The notes beneath the pieces are model-generated. The model ran no database searches. It saw only the letters and a program-made list of their open reading frames with translations, and was not told the origin of the DNA. From IMG/VR virus record IMGVR_UViG_3300030330_002830, positions 1 to 30,697 of that record: a DNA stretch of 30,697 nt, one strand, 5' to 3'. Below, in pieces: positions 1-9,282 of the stretch. Made by a program: the position numbers and the translations under genes. Position 1 is the stretch's first letter; each line of letters begins with the position of its first letter. Source of the stretch: a virus. Lineage: Duplodnaviria > Caudoviricetes.

Positions 1-712
1 TGTAATTATAAGCTGAAATATTCCAAATTTGATTTTTATCATTAGCCGAGCAAATCTTATAGATTGCGTCCACATTATCTTTAACATAAAGCCAATCTCT
101 AACATAAGATCCATCTCCATGAATTGGTATTTTTTGCCCAGTCTCCAGCGAGTGAATAATTCTCGGTATTAATTTTTCTGGATACTGCCTAGGCCCATAG
201 TTGTTAGTACTTCTAACTATTTGATAGTCCACGCCAAAGGTTCTAGCGTAAGCTAAGATAAGCATCTCTGCCGCCGCTTTAGTTGCTGAGTATGGATTGC
301 TTGGACTGAGTGTGCTATCCTCTGTCTTCTCTCCCTCGTTTACGTCTCCGTACACCTCGTCTGTGCTTATGTGGACGAAAAGCGGCTTTTCATACACCTT
401 AGCCCTGAGAAGGCTTAGAAGATTGAATACACCGTCTGTATTAGATTTTAAAAATACTTTTGGTGATTCTATAGAATTGTCAACATGAGATTCTGCTGCA
501 AAGTTTACAATTATGTCACAGTTTGGTATGTGATTTATATTACATATATCTTCTTTTATGTGTGTATATTTTGGATTATAGTCCCAAGGTAGTTCGCGGT
601 TTGCAGCATAAGTAATTTTATCTATATCTATAACTTCATGACCCTCTTCAAGAACCCTTTCTACAAAGTGGCTTCCTATAAACCCCCTGCCGCCAGTAAC
701 TAAATATATCAT
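1..712 (-). CDS. rmlB: dTDP-glucose 4,6-dehydratase (partial, runs off left edge)
   Basis: Not in the ORF track; manual translation from ATG at 712 (ATGA overlap with upstream stop): MIYLVTGGRGFIGSHFVE...DKITYAAN...FAAESHVDNSI...STDEVYGD...PSNPYSATK...NNYGPRQYPEKLIP...GDGSYVRDWLYVKD, all RmlB/RfbB signature motifs. Confidence 0.93.
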   Translation of the reverse strand, partial: MIYLVTGGRGFIGSHFVERVLEEGHEVIDIDKITYAANRELPWDYNPKYTHIKEDICNINHIPNCDIIVNFAAESHVDNSIESPKVFLKSNTDGVFNLLSLLRAKVYEKPLFVHISTDEVYGDVNEGEKTEDSTLSPSNPYSATKAAAEMLILAYARTFGVDYQIVRSTNNYGPRQYPEKLIPRIIHSLETGQKIPIHGDGSYVRDWLYVKDNVDAIYKICSANDKNQIWNISAYNY

Positions 713-1605
713 ATGTTATACCTCAAAAGCTGATTTTCAAACTTTTCTTTTAGCTGCTCTAGGTTGTTTTTTATAATTTCTGGATGTTCTCCTTCAAAAT
801 CTTTGGTGCGACAAACACCTCTATACGATGGTTTAAATTCATGTACACCGCGATAACGATCTTCTATTTCGTTTTTCTGTTCTTCGTTACCCAGAACCCA
901 AGGCAGATAAACTTCTTGAAAGTAATTATCTATGCAGTTGTTTCCGCTTAGATATTCTTTATAGTATTTTAATTTATTAAATACCTGATCTGGAAAGACG
1001 TAGGAGTAATGATACATTCTAACGCCATGCTTTTCCGCAAGCTCGTCAAAGTTAAGATGCTTTTCAGGCCAAGGATTGTCGATCTTGTGCGCTATCGTTG
1101 GCGGTCTATGAGTCGCCCAGTACGAGCCGGGATAAACTTTTCTAATTCGCATAAACTCTGCGCCTTCTTCAAAGCCTCCAAGACATTTGTCAAACCCACC
1201 ATAAAATGTTACACTTTTAAATCCTACAGAAGTATATCGTTCTGTTTCCAATAGATTGATAACCTTCTCTATATCTTCTGGCTTAAATACTTCGTCGCAA
1301 TCTAAATTCCAAATATAATCTGCTTCGTCATCAAGAAATTCCATATAGGCATTGCACTGGTCGTCTTTCTCTAAATATTGAGAGTGAACAATTTTAATTT
1401 TATTCTCTGGATCAGGAAAGTTTTCTAATATCTCATTTGTGCCGTCTACAGAGGTCGTGTAGCCTTGTTGTTGCCAGTATCCCACTGGACCTTCGGCTAT
1501 AAGAATTTGATGCGCATATGGGTACACAGACGCTAGAGTTTCTTCCAAAACCTGATCGCCATTTAATACAATCATTCCAAATGTTATTTTCATATTAAAA
1601 CTCAT
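709..1605 (-). CDS. GT-A fold glycosyltransferase (GT2-like)
   Basis: ITFGMIVLNG...LASV...SVDGTNEIL N-terminal GT2-like pattern and DxD motif (WNLDCDE); the true start may be ATG at 1593 (MKITF). Confidence 0.7.
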   Translation of the reverse strand: MSFNMKITFGMIVLNGDQVLEETLASVYPYAHQILIAEGPVGYWQQQGYTTSVDGTNEILENFPDPENKIKIVHSQYLEKDDQCNAYMEFLDDEADYIWNLDCDEVFKPEDIEKVINLLETERYTSVGFKSVTFYGGFDKCLGGFEEGAEFMRIRKVYPGSYWATHRPPTIAHKIDNPWPEKHLNFDELAEKHGVRMYHYSYVFPDQVFNKLKYYKEYLSGNNCIDNYFQEVYLPWVLGNEEQKNEIEDRYRGVHEFKPSYRGVCRTKDFEGEHPEIIKNNLEQLKEKFENQLLRYNI

Positions 1606-2251
1606 AATTATATTTATCTAATACTAATTCATCATACTTTAAAACAATGTCAATCATTTCATTATCATAGTACTCTTGGTAGTGATTATGTTTTGAGGCG
1701 TTTCTGTGAAATCTATTACTAAGATTATCAAATTCTTTCAAAGATATGTGTTTTTTTACTCCGGTAGTATTCCACAAGTTATCAATTTCTTGATCTATAT
1801 TTTCTAACTTTCCAACATGGCTCATGCTAAATAATCCGTTATCATAAAACATATGTTGATACAAGCTTGAAAGCCAAAACCTTGGTATAGAATCATTTTC
1901 CACGCCATGCAAAAGATGATGTTTTAAGGTTGGAAACTTTTGACGAAAACTATCTCCATACAATCCACAGTCGCTTTTTATTGAAACGCCACCTTCGGCA
2001 CAGCCCTTTTTTTGAAAATAAAAATATCTAGAAACATACCAATCAAATGGGTTTCTTACTAGCCCAAACTTGTATGCTGTTTCTTTGTTTTTAAAATCTC
2101 CAACGGTAGCGTGAGCCGCAGCGCCGCTAAAAGTAGAAGATTCTCCAATATTTATTTCTACCCCAGATAGACTAGAGATGTATTGAAAATACTCTCTTAG
2201 CAAAGTTCCTCCGGTTTTTGGAAGATGAACAAAAATAATCTTATCTAGCAT
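1595..2251 (-). CDS. Sulfotransferase (Sulfotransfer_2-like, PAPS-dependent)
   Basis: 5'-PSB loop FVHLPKTGGT, 3'-PB motif VRNPFDWYVSRY, VGKLEN and C-terminal HYQEYYD typical of carbohydrate sulfotransferase family 2. Confidence 0.8.
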   Translation of the reverse strand: MLDKIIFVHLPKTGGTLLREYFQYISSLSGVEINIGESSTFSGAAAHATVGDFKNKETAYKFGLVRNPFDWYVSRYFYFQKKGCAEGGVSIKSDCGLYGDSFRQKFPTLKHHLLHGVENDSIPRFWLSSLYQHMFYDNGLFSMSHVGKLENIDQEIDNLWNTTGVKKHISLKEFDNLSNRFHRNASKHNHYQEYYDNEMIDIVLKYDELVLDKYNYEF

Positions 2252-2254
2252 GTA

Positions 2255-3181
2255 TTATCCTAAGTCTTTATATTTCTCAGTTTTTAAAAAGTAATCATTA
2301 TAATAATTTATTGCGCTTGCATTATCATATATTCCACACTGACACCAAGCGCCATCTCTATCAAATCTATATCGTTGATTCTCGTAATCCGGGGTAAATT
2401 GAGCAAAATGCACAAAATACATGTCTTGCTCTCTGGTCTTGTTTTCTATTCCTATGTCAAGATTTTTATCTGGAGTCCAAGATATTTTTCCTCCAATATT
2501 ATTGTCTAAATATTTATATATTCCCATATTCCAAGGAGCGCCGTGACCTATTTCTTCATCTATAATGCATATGTTTTCTTCTCCAAACATGGGCGCAAAA
2601 GCCTCAAGATATTTTTGATCACCGCAGGTTCCGTATTTTTCAGCCCACTGATTATTTGGGGTAATTACACAGTCTCGCCACCACTTTAAGCACTTATACC
2701 CCGGATCATCGTTTTTAAAATATATCACTCCTACATTGTAAGCACCCACATAAGCGCCAATCTCATTGTGTCTATGAAGCATTATCGCAATACTTTTACT
2801 TGATATCACTTCATACATTTTATCTATACTATTATAGAAGCATATATCTGAATCTACATAAAGTATGTCTTCTAAATTTAGATTACTAACGAGATATTCA
2901 GAAAAAAAAGACCCCATCGCCCAGCAATAGGTATTATCCCCTGAAGGATCGTAGACTGTATTTTCTTTAAGTGTTTTAAAGTCTTCTGTTTTTTCTACTT
3001 CTTGCATTCTTACAAGATTGATGTGGTCTAAATTAAGCTTGCTTATCGCGTCATAGGTTTCATCATCCATACACAAATAATGAAGGGTAAATTCTTGTTC
3101 GCAATTTGCTATGAGTGAGTCATAAAGCGCCATTCCATATCTTAAATAGTTCTTGTCTGATAAAGAGCATATATTAATCAT
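2255..3181 (-). CDS. GT-A glycosyltransferase (GT8-like / nucleotide-diphospho-sugar transferase)
   Basis: DKNYLRYGMALYDSL, DxD in LYVDSDICFY, YNVGVIYF, GDQKYLE, GAPWN, VHF. Confidence 0.75.
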   Translation of the reverse strand: MINICSLSDKNYLRYGMALYDSLIANCEQEFTLHYLCMDDETYDAISKLNLDHINLVRMQEVEKTEDFKTLKENTVYDPSGDNTYCWAMGSFFSEYLVSNLNLEDILYVDSDICFYNSIDKMYEVISSKSIAIMLHRHNEIGAYVGAYNVGVIYFKNDDPGYKCLKWWRDCVITPNNQWAEKYGTCGDQKYLEAFAPMFGEENICIIDEEIGHGAPWNMGIYKYLDNNIGGKISWTPDKNLDIGIENKTREQDMYFVHFAQFTPDYENQRYRFDRDGAWCQCGIYDNASAINYYNDYFLKTEKYKDLG

Positions 3182-3830
3182 CTTTTTCCCCTATTTTGAA
3201 ATAAACAGCATCTCCCCAGCTTTCGGATTGCCACTCAACTGCAAGCCTTTGAAATCCAAATCCTTGAAGATAAGAGTCTATTTCTTCGATCATGGGACAG
3301 CCTTCATACATCTCATCTCTGTTTACTTCTGCCACAATAAGCTCTATTTTATCAAGCTCTTCACCCATACCTTTTAGGACTTCTAATTCGTAGCCTTGAA
3401 CGTCTATATTTAGAAAATTATGCTCGCTTGTATCTATTTCGTTTTCTTCTATAAATTTATCAAATCTTTTTACGTTGATAGATTCTTTTGAAGGAAATGT
3501 AACCTCTGGATGTTCTGTCAGATGCTTTTTAGGTGCTAGAATAGAGCTAGAAGCTCCTGCTCCATTAGATACGCCGCCTTCTCTGTCAGAGATGAACATA
3601 CCAACCACATCTTCTTTTGAGCCAAGCGCCACGTTAAATACTTTCTCTTTAATGATACACTTAGAATTTACAATATCAAAAAGTTTTTTTTGAGGTTCAA
3701 ACAATATTGTATTTGTTAATCCTAAACTTCTGTATTGTGATAGTTCTTCGCCAACAAAAGCGCCGACATGAATCGCGCCTGTAATTTTTGCGCCTGTGTG
3801 ATGCTCAATAGCATTTAGATCAAATATCAT
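3174..3830 (-). CDS. FkbM family SAM-dependent methyltransferase
   Basis: IHVGAFVGEE, FEPQ, NVALG, SSSIL, LNIDVQGYELEVLKG, AEV...YEG...YL..GF. Confidence 0.9.
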   Translation of the reverse strand: MIFDLNAIEHHTGAKITGAIHVGAFVGEELSQYRSLGLTNTILFEPQKKLFDIVNSKCIIKEKVFNVALGSKEDVVGMFISDREGGVSNGAGASSSILAPKKHLTEHPEVTFPSKESINVKRFDKFIEENEIDTSEHNFLNIDVQGYELEVLKGMGEELDKIELIVAEVNRDEMYEGCPMIEEIDSYLQGFGFQRLAVEWQSESWGDAVYFKIGEKDD

Positions 3831-4669
3831 TTTAGTCCTTTTAGTATGTCAATTTCTGTGTGAGGGCATTTTATTTCAAAAAAGTTTAAGCTATTCATAT
3901 TAATTCTACTGCCAGATTTATATTTATCAAGCAATATTTTTTCATCATAACCAAAGTAATCTCCAGATCTGTTACTGTGACTATCTTGCACTTTGTTGTT
4001 TGGGCTATTTACTACACAGCTTTTTATTGAGCAAGCCATCATAGCAGCGCTCAGGGGCCAAAACCTTTGTATAGCAGATTCAAATTCGTTTGGCGTTTGT
4101 TTCCAGCTTTTAAATTTAGATAACTCCCACAGTTCTGAGGTCATTTTTTGCATTTCTGATTTTTTAAAAATATGACCGTCTACAGAATGAGAATAAGACC
4201 AATAAGAACCGTAGTAATGAGACGTTTTATTCCAAAACATGTATTTTCCGGTTGAATCAATACCATAATTAGATGGTGGGTCTTGATAGGCAACATCGTT
4301 GTGGTATCTTTCTGTAATATTTTTTCCTAGCCTTAGAGAAAAGCAGCAAATTTCTGAAACGTTAAATATACTTTCAGGAAATTGTACTTTATCAAAGCAG
4401 ATGCAGTCATCTACAAAAAAACAAACATAATCATTTTTTGATTGTCTTACAAGTCTATCTATATCATAAAATAAAGAGTCTGTCTGTGTCCAAAACGCGA
4501 CATCTCTATGTTCTGACTCTAGTGTTTTTTGCGCGGGGCTAAATTCATCGCTATTGTTGTGAAGAACTATATTTTCAGTAGATTGAGGAAAATTTTCCTT
4601 TATAGACTTTAGACATAAGTCTAATTGTAGCGGTCTATTTTTACTGAATATGATCGAAGTAATCAACAA
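3827..4669 (-). CDS. Putative GT-A glycosyltransferase
   Basis: IIFSKNRPLQLDLCLKSI start and FFVDDCI acidic motif resemble GT2-like proteins; located in the glycan cluster. Confidence 0.55.
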   Translation of the reverse strand: MLITSIIFSKNRPLQLDLCLKSIKENFPQSTENIVLHNNSDEFSPAQKTLESEHRDVAFWTQTDSLFYDIDRLVRQSKNDYVCFFVDDCICFDKVQFPESIFNVSEICCFSLRLGKNITERYHNDVAYQDPPSNYGIDSTGKYMFWNKTSHYYGSYWSYSHSVDGHIFKKSEMQKMTSELWELSKFKSWKQTPNEFESAIQRFWPLSAAMMACSIKSCVVNSPNNKVQDSHSNRSGDYFGYDEKILLDKYKSGSRINMNSLNFFEIKCPHTEIDILKGLK

Positions 4670-5606
4670 ACTTTTCCTTGTTTTTGTAGTACCAGCTTAC
4701 TGTATCGTGTAGCCCTCTGTCCAAGCCCGTTTTAGCTTCAAACCCTAGCGCTTTGGTTGCTCTGGATGTGTCCAGACATCTTCTTGGTTGACCGTCCATA
4801 CCGTTAGAATTAAAGACAATATCGCCTTTAAAATTCATCATATCAGCTATTTTGTGTGCCAGTATAGAAATAGTACACTCCTGACCCGTTCCAACATTTA
4901 TTGGATGTGGCGTTGTGTCTATTTCTACCGCCTTTTTTATGGCTGCCGCACAATCATCTACATAAAGAAACTCTCTACTAGCGTTGCCTGTTCCCCATAG
5001 ATTAACTTCTGCTTCACCGTTGTCAATAGCTTTATCAATCTTTAGTATAATTGCAGGTATGACGTGGCTAATAGCGGGATCAAAGTTATCATGAGGCCCA
5101 TACATATTTACAGGAATAAGATTCGTGCAGTTAAGGCCGTATTGAGCGTTGTATGCAATCAACATCTCCATCAGAGCCTTTTTAGCAACTCCGTAAGGCG
5201 CGTTTGTTTCTTCAGGATAGCCATTCCAAATATCATCTTCTTTAAACGGCACAGGTGTAAACTTAGGATAGGCGCAAACAGTACCAACCATGACAAACTT
5301 TTGAAGTTTACCATACTTTCTGGCCGTTTCTATGAGATTCATACCCATAACTAAGTTTTCATACATAAACAAACCCGGATTGTCTTTGTTTGCACCAATA
5401 CCGCCAACTCTAGCGGCTAGGTGTACGATTGCATCCGGCTCATGCTCTTTGTAAAGATAGTCAACCTGTTTTTGGTTTGTTAGATCGTAGTCTCTCTTGC
5501 CCCCTAGAGATACCACATCATAAAATAAATTGTCTTTTAGCGTCTTATTTACAGCCTTGCCAAGAAAACCGCTACCACCTGTAATAATAACTTTACTTTT
5601 GCTCAT
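4641..5606 (-). CDS. fcl: GDP-L-fucose synthase (GDP-4-keto-6-deoxymannose epimerase/reductase)
   Basis: TGGSGFLG, HLAARVGGIGAN, VCAYPK, YPEETNAPYGVAK (YxxxK), NMYGPHDNF, SHVIPA, WGTGNASREFLYVDD, DGQPRRCLD. Confidence 0.93.
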   Translation of the reverse strand: MSKSKVIITGGSGFLGKAVNKTLKDNLFYDVVSLGGKRDYDLTNQKQVDYLYKEHEPDAIVHLAARVGGIGANKDNPGLFMYENLVMGMNLIETARKYGKLQKFVMVGTVCAYPKFTPVPFKEDDIWNGYPEETNAPYGVAKKALMEMLIAYNAQYGLNCTNLIPVNMYGPHDNFDPAISHVIPAIILKIDKAIDNGEAEVNLWGTGNASREFLYVDDCAAAIKKAVEIDTTPHPINVGTGQECTISILAHKIADMMNFKGDIVFNSNGMDGQPRRCLDTSRATKALGFEAKTGLDRGLHDTVSWYYKNKEKFVDYFDHIQ

Positions 5607-6636
5607 TTAACGCATCCTTATAAGCTTTCAAAATACCAAAAGACAAATCTTCATAACCAAACTCTTTCATAATTGTTGCAATTCTATGAAAGCCTGTGTG
5701 GTTTTCGGTAACAAATTTTTGACCCCGTTTCGCATATGTATCTCTTTCGTCGGCAGCGTTTTTGTAATGTTCAATTTTATCTCTAAAATCATCTGGAGAA
5801 TCTGCAATCACAATACCGTCACCAAACATCTTGTATGCTTCTACATTATCACTAACACAGAAGCCACCCGCATACAGAATCTTAAATATTCTTTCATTTA
5901 CATCTATACCATATACCTGAGCGTGAGGCTCGCTTAAATTTGGACATATCTTCGCAGAAACAAACAAATTTTTGACATCATGATCATCTATAAGACCGCA
6001 ATATTGATTTACACCCCATACTTGATTACCAAATATTTTTACATTGTAACGATCAAGAGGATGTAGAAGTGGGGTCAGATAGCGATCAATAACTTGACCC
6101 TTGTACGGCCAATAACCGCCCACGAATCCAATATCGCACTTTAGTTTTTCATCAACCTGAGCGCCGCCATACACCGCCGTATCTGCGCACATCATCAACG
6201 AAACCGGCTTGATTCCGATTGTCTCAAAATAGTTATGAGTTCTTTTAATGTCGGCATCGCTGTAATGAATATGTACAAAGTCTGGTTTCCCTGTTTCATC
6301 TTTAAGTTTTTTAAGTAATTCTTTTTCTTTTTTAGAGCAGAACAAAATGTTGTGTTTTGATTTATCTACTTCCTTTTCTTGATCGCCCCAGTCGCCAGCA
6401 CGTAGCCCTACTTTTAGGTGTGGTCTTTCGTAAATACACTTTATCAAAGCCTCATCTAGATTGTAGGCTTGTCCTAAAAATAAATCAGGTTCAAATTGGT
6501 CGAATATATCAAAAGCAGGAACAGTTTTACAGTCCCACAATAGAACCTGATGTCCTGTAGCAGCGAAGGCGTTTGCCCAAGCCATTCTTTGAAAATAGTG
6601 AGCATGACGACCATCGCTACAAATTAAAATTTTCAT
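5593..6636 (-). CDS. CgeB-like / Glyco_trans_1_2 GT-B glycosyltransferase
   Basis: DIGFVGG, VKIFG..W, KICPNL, VNERIFKILYAGGFCVSD, IEHY...ER...A..GQ..V..HT..HR C-terminal pattern of the CgeB family. Confidence 0.75.
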   Translation of the reverse strand: MKILICSDGRHAHYFQRMAWANAFAATGHQVLLWDCKTVPAFDIFDQFEPDLFLGQAYNLDEALIKCIYERPHLKVGLRAGDWGDQEKEVDKSKHNILFCSKKEKELLKKLKDETGKPDFVHIHYSDADIKRTHNYFETIGIKPVSLMMCADTAVYGGAQVDEKLKCDIGFVGGYWPYKGQVIDRYLTPLLHPLDRYNVKIFGNQVWGVNQYCGLIDDHDVKNLFVSAKICPNLSEPHAQVYGIDVNERIFKILYAGGFCVSDNVEAYKMFGDGIVIADSPDDFRDKIEHYKNAADERDTYAKRGQKFVTENHTGFHRIATIMKEFGYEDLSFGILKAYKDALNEQK

Positions 6637-7345
6637 TCTTTAAATCCTTTATACAGTCTATTTCTAATATGGACATATCTTTTGGCTCGTAACATTGAAA
6701 ATTTGCGCCCATAGAAATCATTTTATTTATTATTTCAAAAGACAGTAATTTTTTTTGACTACCCTGTAGTTTGATCAAAATATTGTTTAGTATTTTCAAT
6801 TCTTTGCCAGTAATAAATGCTATTTGACACCACTTAGTAGGTAGTCCATAAGATAGCATCGTGGCTTTATTGTTGTGTATAGTAACGCCTATTTCCTTGT
6901 TCTTCATCATGCCCTTATTGTCAATTAACAAAAAAGACTTTTTAAAATTCAAATTACCAAAAGGCGACTTAGCGAAGTACAAATCGCCATGAAAAAACAT
7001 TATACTTTTTTTGTTTGTATTGTTAACAGCCAGTCTAAGGCTTTCTGAGTTATTTGTATTTTCATATATTTGATTTTCTACGATTCTTATTTTGTTGCCA
7101 ATCTTTTTAATTATTTTATCTACACTGTATCCGAATACGCCTATTATTTCGCTAAATTCTAAAGAGTTTTTTATAGTATTTATCTGATGCTCTATCAGAG
7201 TTTTAGAGCCTATCTTTATAAGACTTCTAGGCTCATTAGACTTTATTCTGCTACCAACGCCTGCGGAAAGTATTACAACGGCCATGTCTTGTTCGTTGTT
7301 TTTTGTTTTTATTTGAGTCGTAATTTCTTTTGTAAATCTACTCAC
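6617..7345 (-). CDS. Nucleotidyltransferase (LicC-like / NTP_transferase family)
   Basis: ILSAGVGSR (GxGxR), PRSLIKIGSKTLIEHQI, ENQIYENTNNSESL, HGDL, EIDCIKDL; GTG start overlapping the upstream TAG. Confidence 0.75.
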   Translation of the reverse strand: MSRFTKEITTQIKTKNNEQDMAVVILSAGVGSRIKSNEPRSLIKIGSKTLIEHQINTIKNSLEFSEIIGVFGYSVDKIIKKIGNKIRIVENQIYENTNNSESLRLAVNNTNKKSIMFFHGDLYFAKSPFGNLNFKKSFLLIDNKGMMKNKEIGVTIHNNKATMLSYGLPTKWCQIAFITGKELKILNNILIKLQGSQKKLLSFEIINKMISMGANFQCYEPKDMSILEIDCIKDLKNENFNL

Positions 7346-8076
7346 TAGCGACTACCTAAAATTTGAGCCTGTTGTTGAAAAATTTCTGGAGTCATTTTCA
7401 TAGATTGATTTTGTCCGCTTTCGTTTACGATAGAAAGAGATTCTGGAATATGACACATAATACAATGATTTGATAATCTAAGCCAAAGATCATAGTCTTC
7501 TGTACAGCCAATAAAGCCTTGACTTGCGGGACCGTGTAATCTACTGTCAAAAATTTCACCATTGGGCAAAATAACTTTTTCAAGATATTCTTTTTTTATC
7601 AGAGCGTTACTATGTACCATACATCTAAAGGACAGTTCTTTCTTAGAGTATGGGCTTTTAGCTTCATATTTTACATAGTGTTTGTCGCCATAACTTCTGT
7701 GAATATCGTAGTCGCCGTAAGCAACACCAACTTCTGGATGTTCCGTTAGTTTTTCTACTAATTTTTCAACCTTTGTGAGCTTGTACTCGTCGTCTGCATC
7801 TAGAACGCCAATAATATCCGCCCACTCCCAGCACATCTCCATAGCGGTATTACGAGCAACACTTGCGCCAGAGTTTTCAATTCTCTTTACATAAACGTTA
7901 TCTTTATCTTTTGCGAATTGAGATATTTTTAACCAAGAGTCATCAGACGATCCATCATCAACAACATAAAGTCTTATCTCGCCTTTATATGTTTGTCTTT
8001 GTATACTTTTCATGCCCTCAACAATAAACCTTCCGTAGTTATAGTTGGCGCATACAATTGCAACTTTAGGAAGCAT
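7345..8076 (-). CDS. Glycosyltransferase family 2
   Basis: IVCANYNYGRFI, VVDDGSSD, ENSGASVARN, LDADD, EDYDLWLRL. Confidence 0.92.
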   Translation of the reverse strand: MLPKVAIVCANYNYGRFIVEGMKSIQRQTYKGEIRLYVVDDGSSDDSWLKISQFAKDKDNVYVKRIENSGASVARNTAMEMCWEWADIIGVLDADDEYKLTKVEKLVEKLTEHPEVGVAYGDYDIHRSYGDKHYVKYEAKSPYSKKELSFRCMVHSNALIKKEYLEKVILPNGEIFDSRLHGPASQGFIGCTEDYDLWLRLSNHCIMCHIPESLSIVNESGQNQSMKMTPEIFQQQAQILGSR

Positions 8077-8866
8077 TAAATTCCTCCCAAGTAATTAGTG
8101 TTTCTCCGGTATTATCTTTCATGTCTTCTACTTTTTCCAAAAAGGGTCTGTCATCAAATACCAATTCTCCGTCTTCTGTCTCGTAAGCTTTTTTGCGATT
8201 TCCATTTAAAAGTTTAAACAGCGGTGTAGAAAATAATAGACCATTGAAGTCATCATAAGGCTTTACAATGGACAATCTTTTCATTTCTACATTTACTCTT
8301 TGATTTATTTTTTCAATTAATTCTTGATCAATACTTTCGCCAGATGTTGTCATGTATATCCAGCCATTTTTAGCGTGTCTAAAGCACTCATCAATCAAAA
8401 ACATTTTATTTTCTGGTATATGGGAAACTTTTAAAAGATGGTGCAGAGTTTTGTCATGATCAAAAGTTTCCGCAAGAATTTTTTGTACACCTTGATTGTA
8501 TTCTGTCTTATCTGTAATAACCGCTACATATCTAGCTTGATGTATAGTTTGATTTTTTATATCTTTTAACGTTTTTTTCAAATCTTCAAGAGCGGTTTGA
8601 CTATCAGTATTTAGTAAAACAAAAAACCCCACTCTTGGCAAAACTTCTTTAAGTGCTACATGATGTCTTTTTTTATAATCCTCAAGAGAAAGCTCTGAAA
8701 CCCACTCGTCTGGTCTATAGGTATTGCAATATCTACTTAATACATACGAGCCTTCATGTGTTTCTCTTACGCCAAGCTTTTCTGACCTATATAGCTCACA
8801 ACCCGTTTGTTTCTCTTCATTTTTTACAGCGAAAACACATCCTTCGCAATAGGTTTCTGGATTCAT
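8066..8866 (-). CDS. Hypothetical protein: N-terminal Cys cluster plus degenerate GT-A-like domain
   Basis: CEGC-x12-C-x23-C at the N-terminus; LKKTLKDIKNQT..VAVIT resembles a GT2 N-terminus but no DxD is visible. Confidence 0.45.
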   Translation of the reverse strand: MNPETYCEGCVFAVKNEEKQTGCELYRSEKLGVRETHEGSYVLSRYCNTYRPDEWVSELSLEDYKKRHHVALKEVLPRVGFFVLLNTDSQTALEDLKKTLKDIKNQTIHQARYVAVITDKTEYNQGVQKILAETFDHDKTLHHLLKVSHIPENKMFLIDECFRHAKNGWIYMTTSGESIDQELIEKINQRVNVEMKRLSIVKPYDDFNGLLFSTPLFKLLNGNRKKAYETEDGELVFDDRPFLEKVEDMKDNTGETLITWEEFNAS

Positions 8867-9282
8867 TTAACTCTCCTGAGCTTCATTGTTAAAAATGCTA
8901 AATTAGATATTGACTTTTCTTTAACTTCAAAGTTGTTAGGAATTGATTTTTCTATAGTTTCCGTATTAAGTATACTCTTTTTTGAGCTATCAAAAAACAA
9001 ATTGTTTAATTCATGTATTTCAATTTCTTCTCTTGCATAAAGACGGAAAAGTAAATTGCAATCTAGTTCAATTATGGTAATTTCACAACCTATTCTGCAC
9101 TTTTTAAATATTAATTCCATAGCTTCTTTCAATTCATTAAAAGAAAAGCAGGACAAAAATGAATCAATAATTAAATTAGTTACTTCACTATCACAAGAAG
9201 AAGAGTCAAGTTCAGATAAGTTTGAACAGTGTTTAAAGGAGCTATCTGATGGGCGCTTGTTAGATAAATAAATTTTATTCAT
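8863..9282 (-). CDS. Hypothetical protein, truncated class I methyltransferase-like
   Basis: DSEVTNLIIDSFLSCF...IFKKCRIGCEITIIELD resembles the second half of type-11 methyltransferases (LKPGG-like segment); no glycine-rich motif I. Confidence 0.4.
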   Translation of the reverse strand: MNKIYLSNKRPSDSSFKHCSNLSELDSSSCDSEVTNLIIDSFLSCFSFNELKEAMELIFKKCRIGCEITIIELDCNLLFRLYAREEIEIHELNNLFFDSSKKSILNTETIEKSIPNNFEVKEKSISNLAFLTMKLRRVK

